A stretch of 64,000 bases of DNA, from positions 166-64,165 of the forward strand of contig JALVKE010000198.1 in the NCBI GenBank assembly GCA_027028005.1. Reading direction: 5' to 3'. Position numbers and translations under genes: made by a program. This DNA is from Persephonella sp. (lineage in GTDB: Bacteria > Aquificota > Aquificia > Aquificales > Hydrogenothermaceae). Below are positions 26,415-35,872 of this stretch, piece after piece. The notes beneath the pieces were generated by a model that was not told where the DNA came from, made no database searches, and saw only the letters and a program-made list of their open reading frames with translations. Each line of letters starts with the position of its first letter. Within the stretch, counting starts at the first letter, position 1.

Positions 26415-27298
26415 CATGAGAATGCTTTTATTACTTTTTCTGGAGTTATAACATGTTTTTGAAGACCTAATTCATGAGGTTTAAAACCTATAGCTAAACC
26501 GATTAACTGCGGAAGGTGAAGTATTGGCATTCCAATACGTGTTCCTATTCTCTCTTCAGCTTCTTCTTGCATTGCATCTAATTGAGTATGGCATAAAGGA
26601 CAAGGAGTAACCATAAAATCTGCTTGTGCTTTTTTTGCTGATGCTGCATCATAAGCTGTCAATCTTAAAGTTACCTTCTCCTCTGCTGACCAAAAAGAAT
26701 GAAATCCACAACATGCAAGTTTTGCTTCATGTTCTGCAGGATTTCCACCTAAAGCTTCAATAATCATTTCTAAAGATTTTGGATTGTCTGGATCTTCATA
26801 TCCTATTAGGTAAGGAGGTCTTATAATATGACATCCGTAGAATGGGGCTATATGAAATTCTCTTAATGGTCTTATCACCATACTTCTTAAAGTGTCAAGA
26901 CCAACACCATCTATAATCTCCCAAAGAAAATGTGTAACTTCACTTGTCCCTTTATACTCTAATCCTGCTTCTTTTAAAACATCATTCACAGCTTCCTTTA
27001 GCTCAGGATCATTATCTAGTTTGAATTTTGTTTCTCTAAGCATAACTGTACATGTATTACAGATAGTCAATAGATCTAATCCTAGCTCTTCAGCTAAAGC
27101 TAGGTTTCTTGCATTTATAGTAAGGGCTAGAAATTCATCTTTTTCTTGAACTGCTCCTGCACCACAACAAGAAGCTGCATCAAGCTCAATAAGCTCCATA
27201 CCAAGTTTTTCCGCAACTAACTTTGTTGACTCGTAAAGCTCCGGAGCTACCCCTTTTGCAGAGCAACCTGTATAAAAAGCATATTTTAAATCAGTCAT
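26414..27298 (-). CDS. CCG-domain subunit (HdrB/SdhE/TfrB-C-terminal type) of fumarate reductase/succinate dehydrogenase
   Basis: Two cysteine-rich CCG motifs (ASCCGAGA, LACCGFHS) with partner Cys (TGCS, CNTC, PCPLC). The start overlaps the frdB stop. Confidence 0.8.
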   Translation of the reverse strand: MTDLKYAFYTGCSAKGVAPELYESTKLVAEKLGMELIELDAASCCGAGAVQEKDEFLALTINARNLALAEELGLDLLTICNTCTVMLRETKFKLDNDPELKEAVNDVLKEAGLEYKGTSEVTHFLWEIIDGVGLDTLRSMVIRPLREFHIAPFYGCHIIRPPYLIGYEDPDNPKSLEMIIEALGGNPAEHEAKLACCGFHSFWSAEEKVTLRLTAYDAASAKKAQADFMVTPCPLCHTQLDAMQEEAEERIGTRIGMPILHLPQLIGLAIGFKPHELGLQKHVITPEKVIKAFS

Positions 27299-28362
27299 TA
27301 CTCATTACCTCCAGTTTCTGCAAAGTTTGCTCTTTTTGCTGTTTTTCTTTTGTCTTCATATATAACTCCCATAATTTGAGGAAGCTTAATATGTACCTCT
27401 TTTTCTTTCTCTTTTGCTTTTTCATATATAATTTTTATTTCTTCAAGTCTTTTTATCTTGTGCCCTCCAAAGAAATCTGCATAGTTAACCTTTCCTTTGA
27501 ATAACATCTTTATACCAAATGGTGCTCTTTTAATAGCACCAACTATTCCTTCCTGTCTCATAGGGAGGAGCATTTCATTTAAAAGACCTCTATTTAAAAT
27601 ATCCTGCTCAAATATCTCAGCGTGTATTTCTCCAGGTGTTTTAAATCCTTCTTCAGCAGCCATTATTCTAAGTCTTACGATATTTTCATAAGGTTGAACT
27701 TCTTTAGGACATCTAGTTGTGCATTCCCAACATCTTACACACCATTCAAGGTTTAAATCCTCTAAAACAGCTTCAAGTCTTTCTCTTTTTGCTCCATCTC
27801 TTGTATCTGCAGCAAACCTGTAAGCTTTAGAGTGAACCATAGGTCCAAGGAAATCTTTATTTACCTTTAGAGCATTACAGTCTGACATACATGAAGCACA
27901 TAGGATACAATCAGAGGCAAAATCTATCTTATTATGATCTTCAGGAGACTGTCTATACTCTTTCCCATCTTTTGGTGGGGCCTCTTTTGGAATAAACCAA
28001 GGCTTAACTTTTTTCATCTTATCAATAAGCCAATCCATATCGTATATAAGATCTTTTAGAGGCCTAACATTTCCAATAGGATCTACAGTTATGGTATCTG
28101 TATGGTATTTTTCTAATATATGTGTTACCTGTACTTTACAGGCTAAAGTTGCATGACCATTTATTCTCATTGCACAGGATCCACATATAGCAGCCCTACA
28201 GTTATATCTAAAAGAAATGGAAGGATCCTGCTCTTCTTTTGCTTTAAATAAAGCAGCTAATACTGTCATTCCTTTTTCTACAGGAAGTTCATAGGTCTGA
28301 TAGTAAGGCTGGGAGTCTTTTGTTGGATCATATCTAAAGACTTTCAGTTTGAACGTTTCCAT
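27298..28362 (-). CDS. frdB: fumarate reductase/succinate dehydrogenase iron-sulfur subunit with about 100-aa C-terminal extension
   Basis: 2Fe-2S motif CRAAICGSCAMRINGHATLAC, then CILCASCMSDC and CVRCWECTTRCP clusters. ATG 28362 follows GAGGTG, although the ORF opens at GTG 28371. Confidence 0.85.
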   Translation of the reverse strand: METFKLKVFRYDPTKDSQPYYQTYELPVEKGMTVLAALFKAKEEQDPSISFRYNCRAAICGSCAMRINGHATLACKVQVTHILEKYHTDTITVDPIGNVRPLKDLIYDMDWLIDKMKKVKPWFIPKEAPPKDGKEYRQSPEDHNKIDFASDCILCASCMSDCNALKVNKDFLGPMVHSKAYRFAADTRDGAKRERLEAVLEDLNLEWCVRCWECTTRCPKEVQPYENIVRLRIMAAEEGFKTPGEIHAEIFEQDILNRGLLNEMLLPMRQEGIVGAIKRAPFGIKMLFKGKVNYADFFGGHKIKRLEEIKIIYEKAKEKEKEVHIKLPQIMGVIYEDKRKTAKRANFAETGGNE

Positions 28363-28455
28363 TATCCTCACCTCTTGGCGTAATAAAACGGTGTTTGTGA
28401 TATTTTAAAACGAGAATACTAAAAAATCAAAAATATTCAAGGAATAATATACATT

Positions 28456-28890
28456 TTAAACATAACTCCATAGCATAACCCTAAATGTTGGATCAAATTC
28501 CCTGATAATAGGAAACTTTGTTGGTAAAAATATCATTTCAAAAGCTACGGCTACCTCAGAATCAAATAGATGACCTCCCACTACAGAAAAATCTTTTAAA
28601 GCTATAGATATATGTGCATGAATAAATGATTCGTTATTATCATTATCTGGATTTACAGAAGTATTTCCATGGAAAGAAACTACTTCATATATACCTTTTA
28701 TTACTGTTTTATTAAAATCTCCCTTTAAGGGGTCAAATACTCCAATATGAGGATTTCTAACACCTCCTATTGCCCAAAAGAAACCTGAGTTTAGATTTTC
28801 TTCTTTTAAAAATTTTTGTATGCTTTCTATAATTTTTTCACTATCTGACAGGCCTATAACATAAAAATTTCCTGATTTTTTGTAGATCAT
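28456..28890 (-). CDS. PPC/DUF296 domain protein
   Basis: 144 aa. The pattern of beta-strands and HAHISIA-type histidines (SFIHAHISIAL..GGHL) is typical of DUF296. Confidence 0.6.
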   Translation of the reverse strand: MIYKKSGNFYVIGLSDSEKIIESIQKFLKEENLNSGFFWAIGGVRNPHIGVFDPLKGDFNKTVIKGIYEVVSFHGNTSVNPDNDNNESFIHAHISIALKDFSVVGGHLFDSEVAVAFEMIFLPTKFPIIREFDPTFRVMLWSYV

Positions 28891-29028
28891 AGCAATATTA
28901 ACCTCAACGTCTATTTTTATATGTATATCGGAATGAGTTTATAACTTTTGAAACGTTTATAATATTTCATTGAAATATAAAAAAGAGAAATATATTTAGA
29001 GCAAAAACAAAGCACTTAAGGAGGATTT

Positions 29029-30141
29029 ATGAAACTAAATATAGGTATAGTAGGACTTCCAAATGTTGGGAAATCAACAATTTTTAATGCGTTAACAGAA
29101 ACAGGGAAAGCTGAGATAGCAAACTATCCATTTTGTACTATTGAACCAAATGTTGGAATAGTTAATGTTCCTGATAAAAGGCTGGAGAAACTTGCTGAGA
29201 TGGAGAAATCTCAAAAGATAATACCTGCAACTATTGAATTTGTTGATATTGCAGGTCTTGTTAAAGGTGCAAGTAAAGGGGAAGGTTTAGGAAATCAGTT
29301 TTTAGCAAATATAAGAAATGTTTCAGCTATAGCACATGTTGTTAGATGTTTTGAAGATAGTGATGTTGTTCATGTTGAAGGTTCTGTAAATCCTGTTAGG
29401 GATGCTGAGATTATTGAGACAGAGCTTATTCTTGCAGATCTTCAAACTGTTGAAAAAAGACTTGAAAAAGTTATAAAACCTGCAAAATCAGGAAACAAAG
29501 AGGCAAAATTTGAGGTTCAGGTTTTAGAAAAAGCAAAGAAGATACTGGAAGATTTAAAACCTTTAAGGACTCATCTAGATGAGTTTGAGGAAGAAGAGAT
29601 TGAGTATATGAAAAAAACTATCTTCCCTTTAACAATCAAACCTATTATGTATGTTGCAAATATTAACGAAGAAGATTTACCAAATGGGAAAGATAATAAG
29701 TATGTTAAAGCAATAAAGGAAAAAGCTGAAAAAGAGGGAGCACCTGTTGTTGTTCTCTGTGGAAAAGTTGAACAGGAACTTGTGGAAATACCAAAAGAGG
29801 AGAGAGGAGAGCTTTTAGAAGCTTATGGTCTTTCTGAACCTGGATTAAATAAGATGATAAGAACAGGATACTCTCTTTTAGACCTAATAACGTATTTTAC
29901 TGCAGGTGAAAAAGAAGCTAGAGCATGGACTATAAAAAGAGGGACAAAAGCTCCCCAAGCAGCTGGAGAGATTCACTCTGATTTTGAAAGAGGGTTTATT
30001 GCTGCTGAAGTTATAAATTTTGATGATCTTATTAAAGCTAGTTCTCTTCAAAAAGCTAAAGAGCTTGGGCTTCTAAGAGTTGAAGGTAAAGATTATGTTG
30101 TTCAAGATGGTGATGTAATGCATTTTAGATTTAATGTGTAA
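29029..30141 (+). CDS. ychF: redox-regulated ATPase YchF
   Basis: GLPNVGKST P-loop, DIAGLV, and a C-terminal TGS domain (RAWTI..GTKAPQAAG.IHSDFERGFI). Confidence 0.95.
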   Translation: MKLNIGIVGLPNVGKSTIFNALTETGKAEIANYPFCTIEPNVGIVNVPDKRLEKLAEMEKSQKIIPATIEFVDIAGLVKGASKGEGLGNQFLANIRNVSAIAHVVRCFEDSDVVHVEGSVNPVRDAEIIETELILADLQTVEKRLEKVIKPAKSGNKEAKFEVQVLEKAKKILEDLKPLRTHLDEFEEEEIEYMKKTIFPLTIKPIMYVANINEEDLPNGKDNKYVKAIKEKAEKEGAPVVVLCGKVEQELVEIPKEERGELLEAYGLSEPGLNKMIRTGYSLLDLITYFTAGEKEARAWTIKRGTKAPQAAGEIHSDFERGFIAAEVINFDDLIKASSLQKAKELGLLRVEGKDYVVQDGDVMHFRFNV

Positions 30142-30188
30142 AGTTATGTTAATATAATCAAAATTTAACAAAATTTTGGGGTTTTTTA

Positions 30189-30395
30189 ATGCCTAAATAC
30201 AAATTTAATAAAATTGTTAAATTTAATGAAAACTTTGTAGGGAGTAAAGCTGATTTGCTCCCTATGAGACCTGATTTAAAAAGGTTCTCAAAATTTTTAT
30301 GGAGTGGGAATGACGAAGGTATATGGTGTGTATATAGGCAAGATCCTAAGACAAAAGAGATATTAAGAATTGAGTTTTTTGCCCCAAAAAAATAA
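30189..30395 (+). CDS. small hypothetical protein
   Basis: 68-aa ORF. No motif recognised. Confidence 0.35.
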   Translation: MPKYKFNKIVKFNENFVGSKADLLPMRPDLKRFSKFLWSGNDEGIWCVYRQDPKTKEILRIEFFAPKK

Positions 30396-30479
30396 GGTTA
30401 AAAAGCTAAAATAGATATATCTTATTTATTTTTAATTTCTTAGTTTTTTCTCTTTAAATTTTATTAATAAAGGTTTAAT

Positions 30480-31223
30480 ATGCTTTTTATACCATTTTTG
30501 GCAGTTTTAATAGGATGGGTTATTCAAGGACTTATTGGTTTAGGTTCAGGAATTATATCTACAGCTATTTTACTTTTTTTCTTTGAAGCAAAGACAGTTG
30601 TAGTATCCCTTTCTATACTAGCTTTACTAGGAACTGTTTATCTTTCTATATCAAACTTTAAAGGAAGGTTCTTCCTAAAAGAGATTTTTATTCTTGTATC
30701 TTTTTCCTTTTTAGGAGCTGGTTTTGGAAGTTATCTTTTAAAGATTATTGATCAAAAGCTAGTAGAGGAAGTTTTTGGAGTTGTTATAATTTTCACAGGT
30801 ATATATGATCTTCTTTTAAAGAAAAGAGATATTCATTTTTCAGAAAATTTTAAAACACTGTTTGGTGCTTTAACAGGCTTTTTAGGTGGTTTAGTTTCTG
30901 GTTTGATTGGTGGAGCAGGTCCTTTATATGCATTTTATTTAAATCAGTATTTTCATTCAAAGGAAGATTTTAAGTTTGTTATCTCTTTTATCTTTGCAAT
31001 ATTAAATATTGAGAGAATTTTATTCTACCTTTTGTCTCCAGATTTAAGGAACTTATTTTCTATGGAAATAATTATCCCTGGGTTATTTGCAACTATTTTA
31101 GGAGCTTATATAGGAAATACCTTTTGTAAGTGTATTTCTGTTGATGGTTTTAAGAAAATTGTTTCATTAAGTATCACTATATTTGGTTTTTACTTTTTAA
31201 TAAAAGGCTTATCTATGCCTTAA
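30480..31223 (+). CDS. TauE/SafE-family (DUF81) membrane transporter
   Basis: 247 aa with about 7-8 TM segments and a duplicated G-rich helix pattern (GLIGLGSG; GLVSGLIGGAGP). Confidence 0.75.
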   Translation: MLFIPFLAVLIGWVIQGLIGLGSGIISTAILLFFFEAKTVVVSLSILALLGTVYLSISNFKGRFFLKEIFILVSFSFLGAGFGSYLLKIIDQKLVEEVFGVVIIFTGIYDLLLKKRDIHFSENFKTLFGALTGFLGGLVSGLIGGAGPLYAFYLNQYFHSKEDFKFVISFIFAILNIERILFYLLSPDLRNLFSMEIIIPGLFATILGAYIGNTFCKCISVDGFKKIVSLSITIFGFYFLIKGLSMP

Positions 31224-32150
31224 TGTTAAATCTCCTGAATATATAGTTTTTATACCTTTTTCTGTATCTAGTAAAAGCCCTCCTTCTTTATTTAAACCTA
31301 AAAGAACGCCTTCAAGATCTATCTCAGGAAGATAAACATTTTCTCCTTTCCACAGTAAAGCATCTTCAACAGTTTTTAAGATTTTTTCAGGTTTTACATC
31401 ATCAAGACATGCTTCTAGGTTTTCTAAAATTTTTGCAAATATTTCTTTTCTTGGAAGTTCTCTTTTTTCCTCTATAAGAAGAGATGTTGCAGGTCTATCA
31501 ATACTTTTAAACGACTCCTCTGTATTGTTTACATTTATCCCTATCCCTACAACAATCTTTGATATCTCATTTCCCTCTATCTCACTTTCTATTAAAAAAC
31601 CTGCAAATTTCTTATTGTTTATATAAAGGTCATTAGGCCATTTTATGTATATTTTTTGAAAGATAAAATCTTCCAGCGTTCTTTTAATAACAGCTGGAAA
31701 TAAAAGGGAGTAGATAAGAAAGTCATTTATAGGAAGTGTTTCTTTCAAAACAATGGAGAAGTAAAGTCCTTTTCCCTTCTGAGATATCCATTTTCTTCCC
31801 TTTCTTCCTTTTCCAGCTGTCTGATTTTCTGCAAGAACAACTGTTCCATGTGGAAGATTTTTTTCTTTCGCATACACATTTGTTGAATTAATCTCTTCAA
31901 AAAATATGTAGTTCTCCCCTAACCAGTATGTTTTTAAATACTTTTTTAATTCATAAAGAACTAGGTGTTCTGTTGATTTTACTAGTTTATAGCCCTTTGG
32001 AGAATGTTCTATTATATATCCTATTTTCTCAAGTTTCTTTATTCTTTTCCATACTGCTGTTCTTGATATTTTTAAAATAGATGATAATTTTTCACCGGAG
32101 ATATAATCTTTTTCAATAAGCTTCAGGATTGTTTCATCTATTTTGTCCAT
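31209..32150 (-). CDS. birA: bifunctional biotin-protein ligase / biotin operon repressor
   Basis: N-terminal wHTH (SGEKLSSILKISRTAVWKRIKKLE) and the biotin-binding loop GKGRKGRKW. Confidence 0.9.
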   Translation of the reverse strand: MDKIDETILKLIEKDYISGEKLSSILKISRTAVWKRIKKLEKIGYIIEHSPKGYKLVKSTEHLVLYELKKYLKTYWLGENYIFFEEINSTNVYAKEKNLPHGTVVLAENQTAGKGRKGRKWISQKGKGLYFSIVLKETLPINDFLIYSLLFPAVIKRTLEDFIFQKIYIKWPNDLYINNKKFAGFLIESEIEGNEISKIVVGIGINVNNTEESFKSIDRPATSLLIEEKRELPRKEIFAKILENLEACLDDVKPEKILKTVEDALLWKGENVYLPEIDLEGVLLGLNKEGGLLLDTEKGIKTIYSGDLTLRHR

Positions 32151-32544
32151 TAAAGAGCTCTTTTATCTGATTTGGAATAGATATAGTTTTCCTAGTTGAT
32201 CTATCAATACAACAGTGTTTGGTCTTTCCTGTTGCTAAAATTTTTCCTTCTCTTTCTACTGTATATTCAAACCAGAAGAAAAATCTATCCATTTTTGTTA
32301 AAACTGTTTTTATAAAGAAACTATCACCAAAAAAGAGAGGTTGTTTATATCTAACTGAAAGTTCTAAAAGAACAATATCTACATTAAGCTCTTCTCTAAC
32401 TCTGTGATAAGGAAAACCAAACTCCTCAAGGAAAAAACCTCTTGCTTCCTCAAAATATCGGGGATAGTTTGAGTGGTGAACTATCCCCTGTGCATCTGTC
32501 TCATAAAAGAAAACTTTTCTTCTGTATAAAACCTGTTTACTCAT
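32134..32544 (-). CDS. YbgC/4HBT-type acyl-CoA thioesterase
   Basis: V.FYETDAQGIVHHSNY hot-dog fold N-terminal motif. 136 aa. Confidence 0.8.
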   Translation of the reverse strand: MSKQVLYRRKVFFYETDAQGIVHHSNYPRYFEEARGFFLEEFGFPYHRVREELNVDIVLLELSVRYKQPLFFGDSFFIKTVLTKMDRFFFWFEYTVEREGKILATGKTKHCCIDRSTRKTISIPNQIKELFNGQNR

Positions 32545-32968
32545 TTGTCTCTTCTTTTTCTGTTTCTATCTCTTCACTTATAGCTTCCCATAGCCTCATA
32601 GCTCCAGCTATGTATCCTTTTATATAGTTATCTATTGTTATTGATATTGTTATTGCATCATCAAGGTTACCATGGTCTAGATCAAACTGAGTAAGTAAAA
32701 CTACTGTAATCACTCCTTTTTCTGATAGAGCTTCCCATGCTTCTCCGTATGGAAAAGCCATCTCAATTCTTCCATTATCTTTATGTAAAACAACAACAAG
32801 ATAAGGTTCATGTTCTTCCTCATCATAATCCACATCTACTTCAACTTCCCAACAGGTTTCCTTATTTTCTATCATCTCTTTTATATAGCTATCAGGATCA
32901 ACAATAACAACAAGTTCTTCATCTTCTGTAATTCTAACATCGTATGGATGATACACATGCTCTTCCAT
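32537..32968 (-). CDS. hypothetical highly acidic protein
   Basis: 143-aa ORF overlapping both neighbours (1 nt and 8 nt). Very D/E-rich. No motif recognised. Confidence 0.5.
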   Translation of the reverse strand: MEEHVYHPYDVRITEDEELVVIVDPDSYIKEMIENKETCWEVEVDVDYDEEEHEPYLVVVLHKDNGRIEMAFPYGEAWEALSEKGVITVVLLTQFDLDHGNLDDAITISITIDNYIKGYIAGAMRLWEAISEEIETEKEETNE

Positions 32969-34353
32969 TATTTAACTCCTCCTAACAGTTTTTTTGCTGC
33001 TTCTAATACTTCCTCAACCTGATGTTTTTCAGGCATTTCAACATATATTCTTAAAACTGGTTCTGTTCCAGAAGCTCTAAAGAGAACCCATCCATCATTT
33101 TCAAATATGAACTTTACTCCATCTGTAGTATCTACTTCTTTTATTTTAAATCCTGCAAGTTCTTTTAAAGGTTCTTTTTTTAATTTTTCCACAAGTTTTC
33201 TTCCTTGATCCCCTTCTACTTGAAGATCAAGTCTTTTATAATAGGCTGTTCCAAATTCTCTAAAAACATCCTCTATTATCTGTGTTAAAGGTTTTCCGTG
33301 GAAATGTATCATTTCAAGTATCATAAGTCCTGATAATAAACCATCCCTTTCTGGAATATGGAAACCAAATCCATATCCTCCTGACTCTTCTCCTCCAAAT
33401 GCTATCTTTTCTTTTAAAAATAGCTCAGCTATATATTTAAACCCTACAGGTGTTTTATACAGTTTTCTTCCTTCTTTCTCACATATTCTATCTACAAGGT
33501 AAGATGTGGAAACTGTTTTTGCTACAGCTCCAGGAACTTTTTTATTTCTAATTGTATGTAGTAAAAGAAGTACATATCCAAGCTGTGTATTTACAAATTC
33601 TCCTCCTTCATCTACTATCCCAACTCTATCTCCATCACCATCGTTAGCTATTCCAAGGATAGCCTCTTCTGCTACCACCTTTCCCATCAAAAGAGGTATA
33701 TTTTTTTCTATTGGTTCAGGATGATGAAATCCAAAAAATGCATCTCTATAATGATTTATTTCTATAACATCAATAAATGTTTCTTCTAAAGCCTTATGTA
33801 AAAGTCCCATTGTTGATCCATGCATAGGATCATGAATTACTTTTTCAGGTTTCTGTTTGAAAACTCCTGGAGTTAAGTAGCTTTTTAACTTTTCTACATA
33901 GTAATGATTAAAATCCATTTCTTCCCATTTTGTGACACCAGTCTTAGGCTTGTTTTCTCCAATTCTTTTTTCTACGTCAGATATAATTTCTGGAGTTGCT
34001 GGTCCTCCATACCCACCTTTTATTTTATAACCATTGTACTGATATGTATTATGAGAAGCTGTGATCATAACTCCTTCATCAGCATTTAGTTCCCTTGTCA
34101 TAAGAGATAAAGCTGGAGTTGAACATATACCCGAAGATAAAATAACTTCAAAACCATTACTTGCGAAAACTTCTGCTACAAGAGAAGCAAACTCTTCAGA
34201 CATAAACCTTGGATCGTAGCCTACTACAACTTTTTTTCCGTCGTTTTCTTTCAAATGATCTGCGTGTGCTTGTGCAACTTTTGCCACATTATCAAATGTA
34301 AAATCTTTAGCTATAACAGCCCTCCAACCATCTGTTCCAAATTTTATACTCAT
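32968..34353 (-). CDS. phosphoglucomutase/phosphomannomutase
   Basis: Active-site loop TASHNT, Mg loop NDGDGDRVG, sugar loop GGEESGG. Confidence 0.9.
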   Translation of the reverse strand: MSIKFGTDGWRAVIAKDFTFDNVAKVAQAHADHLKENDGKKVVVGYDPRFMSEEFASLVAEVFASNGFEVILSSGICSTPALSLMTRELNADEGVMITASHNTYQYNGYKIKGGYGGPATPEIISDVEKRIGENKPKTGVTKWEEMDFNHYYVEKLKSYLTPGVFKQKPEKVIHDPMHGSTMGLLHKALEETFIDVIEINHYRDAFFGFHHPEPIEKNIPLLMGKVVAEEAILGIANDGDGDRVGIVDEGGEFVNTQLGYVLLLLHTIRNKKVPGAVAKTVSTSYLVDRICEKEGRKLYKTPVGFKYIAELFLKEKIAFGGEESGGYGFGFHIPERDGLLSGLMILEMIHFHGKPLTQIIEDVFREFGTAYYKRLDLQVEGDQGRKLVEKLKKEPLKELAGFKIKEVDTTDGVKFIFENDGWVLFRASGTEPVLRIYVEMPEKHQVEEVLEAAKKLLGGVK

Positions 34354-34500
34354 TATTATCCTCCGAAAAGAACATAAAATTACAGTTTACATTTTAGAGC
34401 TTTTCTTTTTAGTAGGCAAATAAGCTAATAAATTAAGAATATATACCGATATTTATTAATACTTTTTAATAAAAAGTAATCTGAATTAATAAGGTTTAAG

Positions 34501-35550
34501 ATGAAAAAGTTAACCTGTAATTTCTACGAAGAAATAAAGAAAAAAAATAAGCTATCTCAGGAAGAGATAAAAAAGTTAATGGATATCGTTCGTAAAGAAC
34601 TTAGTTTCTTAATTAAATTTAACATTCCTCCTCTTCCTAAAAACTATGAAAGATGGTTTTTAATATTCTGTCATCTATCTGAAACTGGTAAAAAGCTAAC
34701 AGACCTGGAAATAATAGGTTTATACAAACAGGTGTTTAATGAAGACATAGTGGAGATAACAAAGGAAAAAGATGAAGAACTAACAGAAAAACTAGCAGAT
34801 GTTGCGGAAAAGTTGGATATGATAATGATGTCTTTAATTGAAAATATTGATACTCATCAAAGAAATATAGATAATCATACAAGAGAGTTGGAATACAGCA
34901 AATCTATATCCTATAAAGATTTAACTGCAGCAATAAATAAGATATTAGAGGAAATTTATGAACTAAAGGAGCAGAATCTTAACCTAAAGAGGGAAGTTGA
35001 AAGATATCATGAGGAAATAAAAAGGTTACAAAAGGAACTTTCCATAGCAAAAGCTGAAGCTAGTTTTGATTTTCTTACAGGCCTTGTAAATAGAAAAAGA
35101 TTTGAGAGAGCTATTGAAGATGCAATAAGGGATTTTCATAAAAAAAATTATCCTTTTTCTATAATATTTGTTGATATAGATGATTTTAAAAGAATTAACG
35201 ATACATATGGACATTTAGCTGGAGATATAGTTTTAAAAGAGATAGCTTCTATATTTAAGTTTTATTTAAGAGCTAACACCATTGTTGCAAGAATAGGTGG
35301 AGAGGAATTCTGTATACTTCTTCCTGGTGTTGAAATTGAAGACGCTAGAAAAATAGCAGAAAGATTAAGAAAAATTATAGAAAATAGGGAGATAAAACTT
35401 GAAGATGGAACATCTATAAAGGTTACAGCTTCTTTTGGTGTAACGCAGGTAAAAATGGGAGATACAGTAAAATCTATTCTTGAGAGAGCTGACAAAGCTT
35501 TATACAAAGCAAAAAGAAAAGGAAAAAACAGAGTAGAAGTTGAATTGTAA
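34501..35550 (+). CDS. diguanylate cyclase (GGDEF) with coiled-coil N-terminal region
   Basis: DFLTGLVNRKRF, DIDDFKRINDTYGH and RIGGEEF motifs. No RxxD I-site (RANT instead). Confidence 0.85.
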   Translation: MKKLTCNFYEEIKKKNKLSQEEIKKLMDIVRKELSFLIKFNIPPLPKNYERWFLIFCHLSETGKKLTDLEIIGLYKQVFNEDIVEITKEKDEELTEKLADVAEKLDMIMMSLIENIDTHQRNIDNHTRELEYSKSISYKDLTAAINKILEEIYELKEQNLNLKREVERYHEEIKRLQKELSIAKAEASFDFLTGLVNRKRFERAIEDAIRDFHKKNYPFSIIFVDIDDFKRINDTYGHLAGDIVLKEIASIFKFYLRANTIVARIGGEEFCILLPGVEIEDARKIAERLRKIIENREIKLEDGTSIKVTASFGVTQVKMGDTVKSILERADKALYKAKRKGKNRVEVEL

Positions 35551-35837
35551 CTTCCCATATTTAAATGTAGGGTTTACTGCTTCCTTTTCTTTGAGATCAA
35601 ATTTGCACAAAGATGTGCAGAGCACAGGCATTACTTGTTTTACTTTGTATCACTAGTTTAGCTTTTATCCCATCTTTTAAAAGATGAGCTTTTTCGGATC
35701 TTATCTGTAAAATCTAGAGACATTTACTTCAATTTTAAGACCTAAATATTAAGATTTCTAATAGTTTTATAATCGTATTCTCAGCCAATTAATACAATAC
35801 TTTCTATTTCAAAGCATTTGTTAAAAACAAAATTAGC

Positions 35838-35867
35838 CTCTGCCTTTTAAAGGCAGAGATTTTTTTT
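35838..35867. terminator. bidirectional rho-independent terminator
   Basis: CTCTGCCTTT/AAAGGCAGAG palindrome, followed by T8 on the plus strand and a T-rich tract on the minus strand. It lies 6 nt from the typA stop. Confidence 0.65.
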
Positions 35868-35872
35868 ATCCC

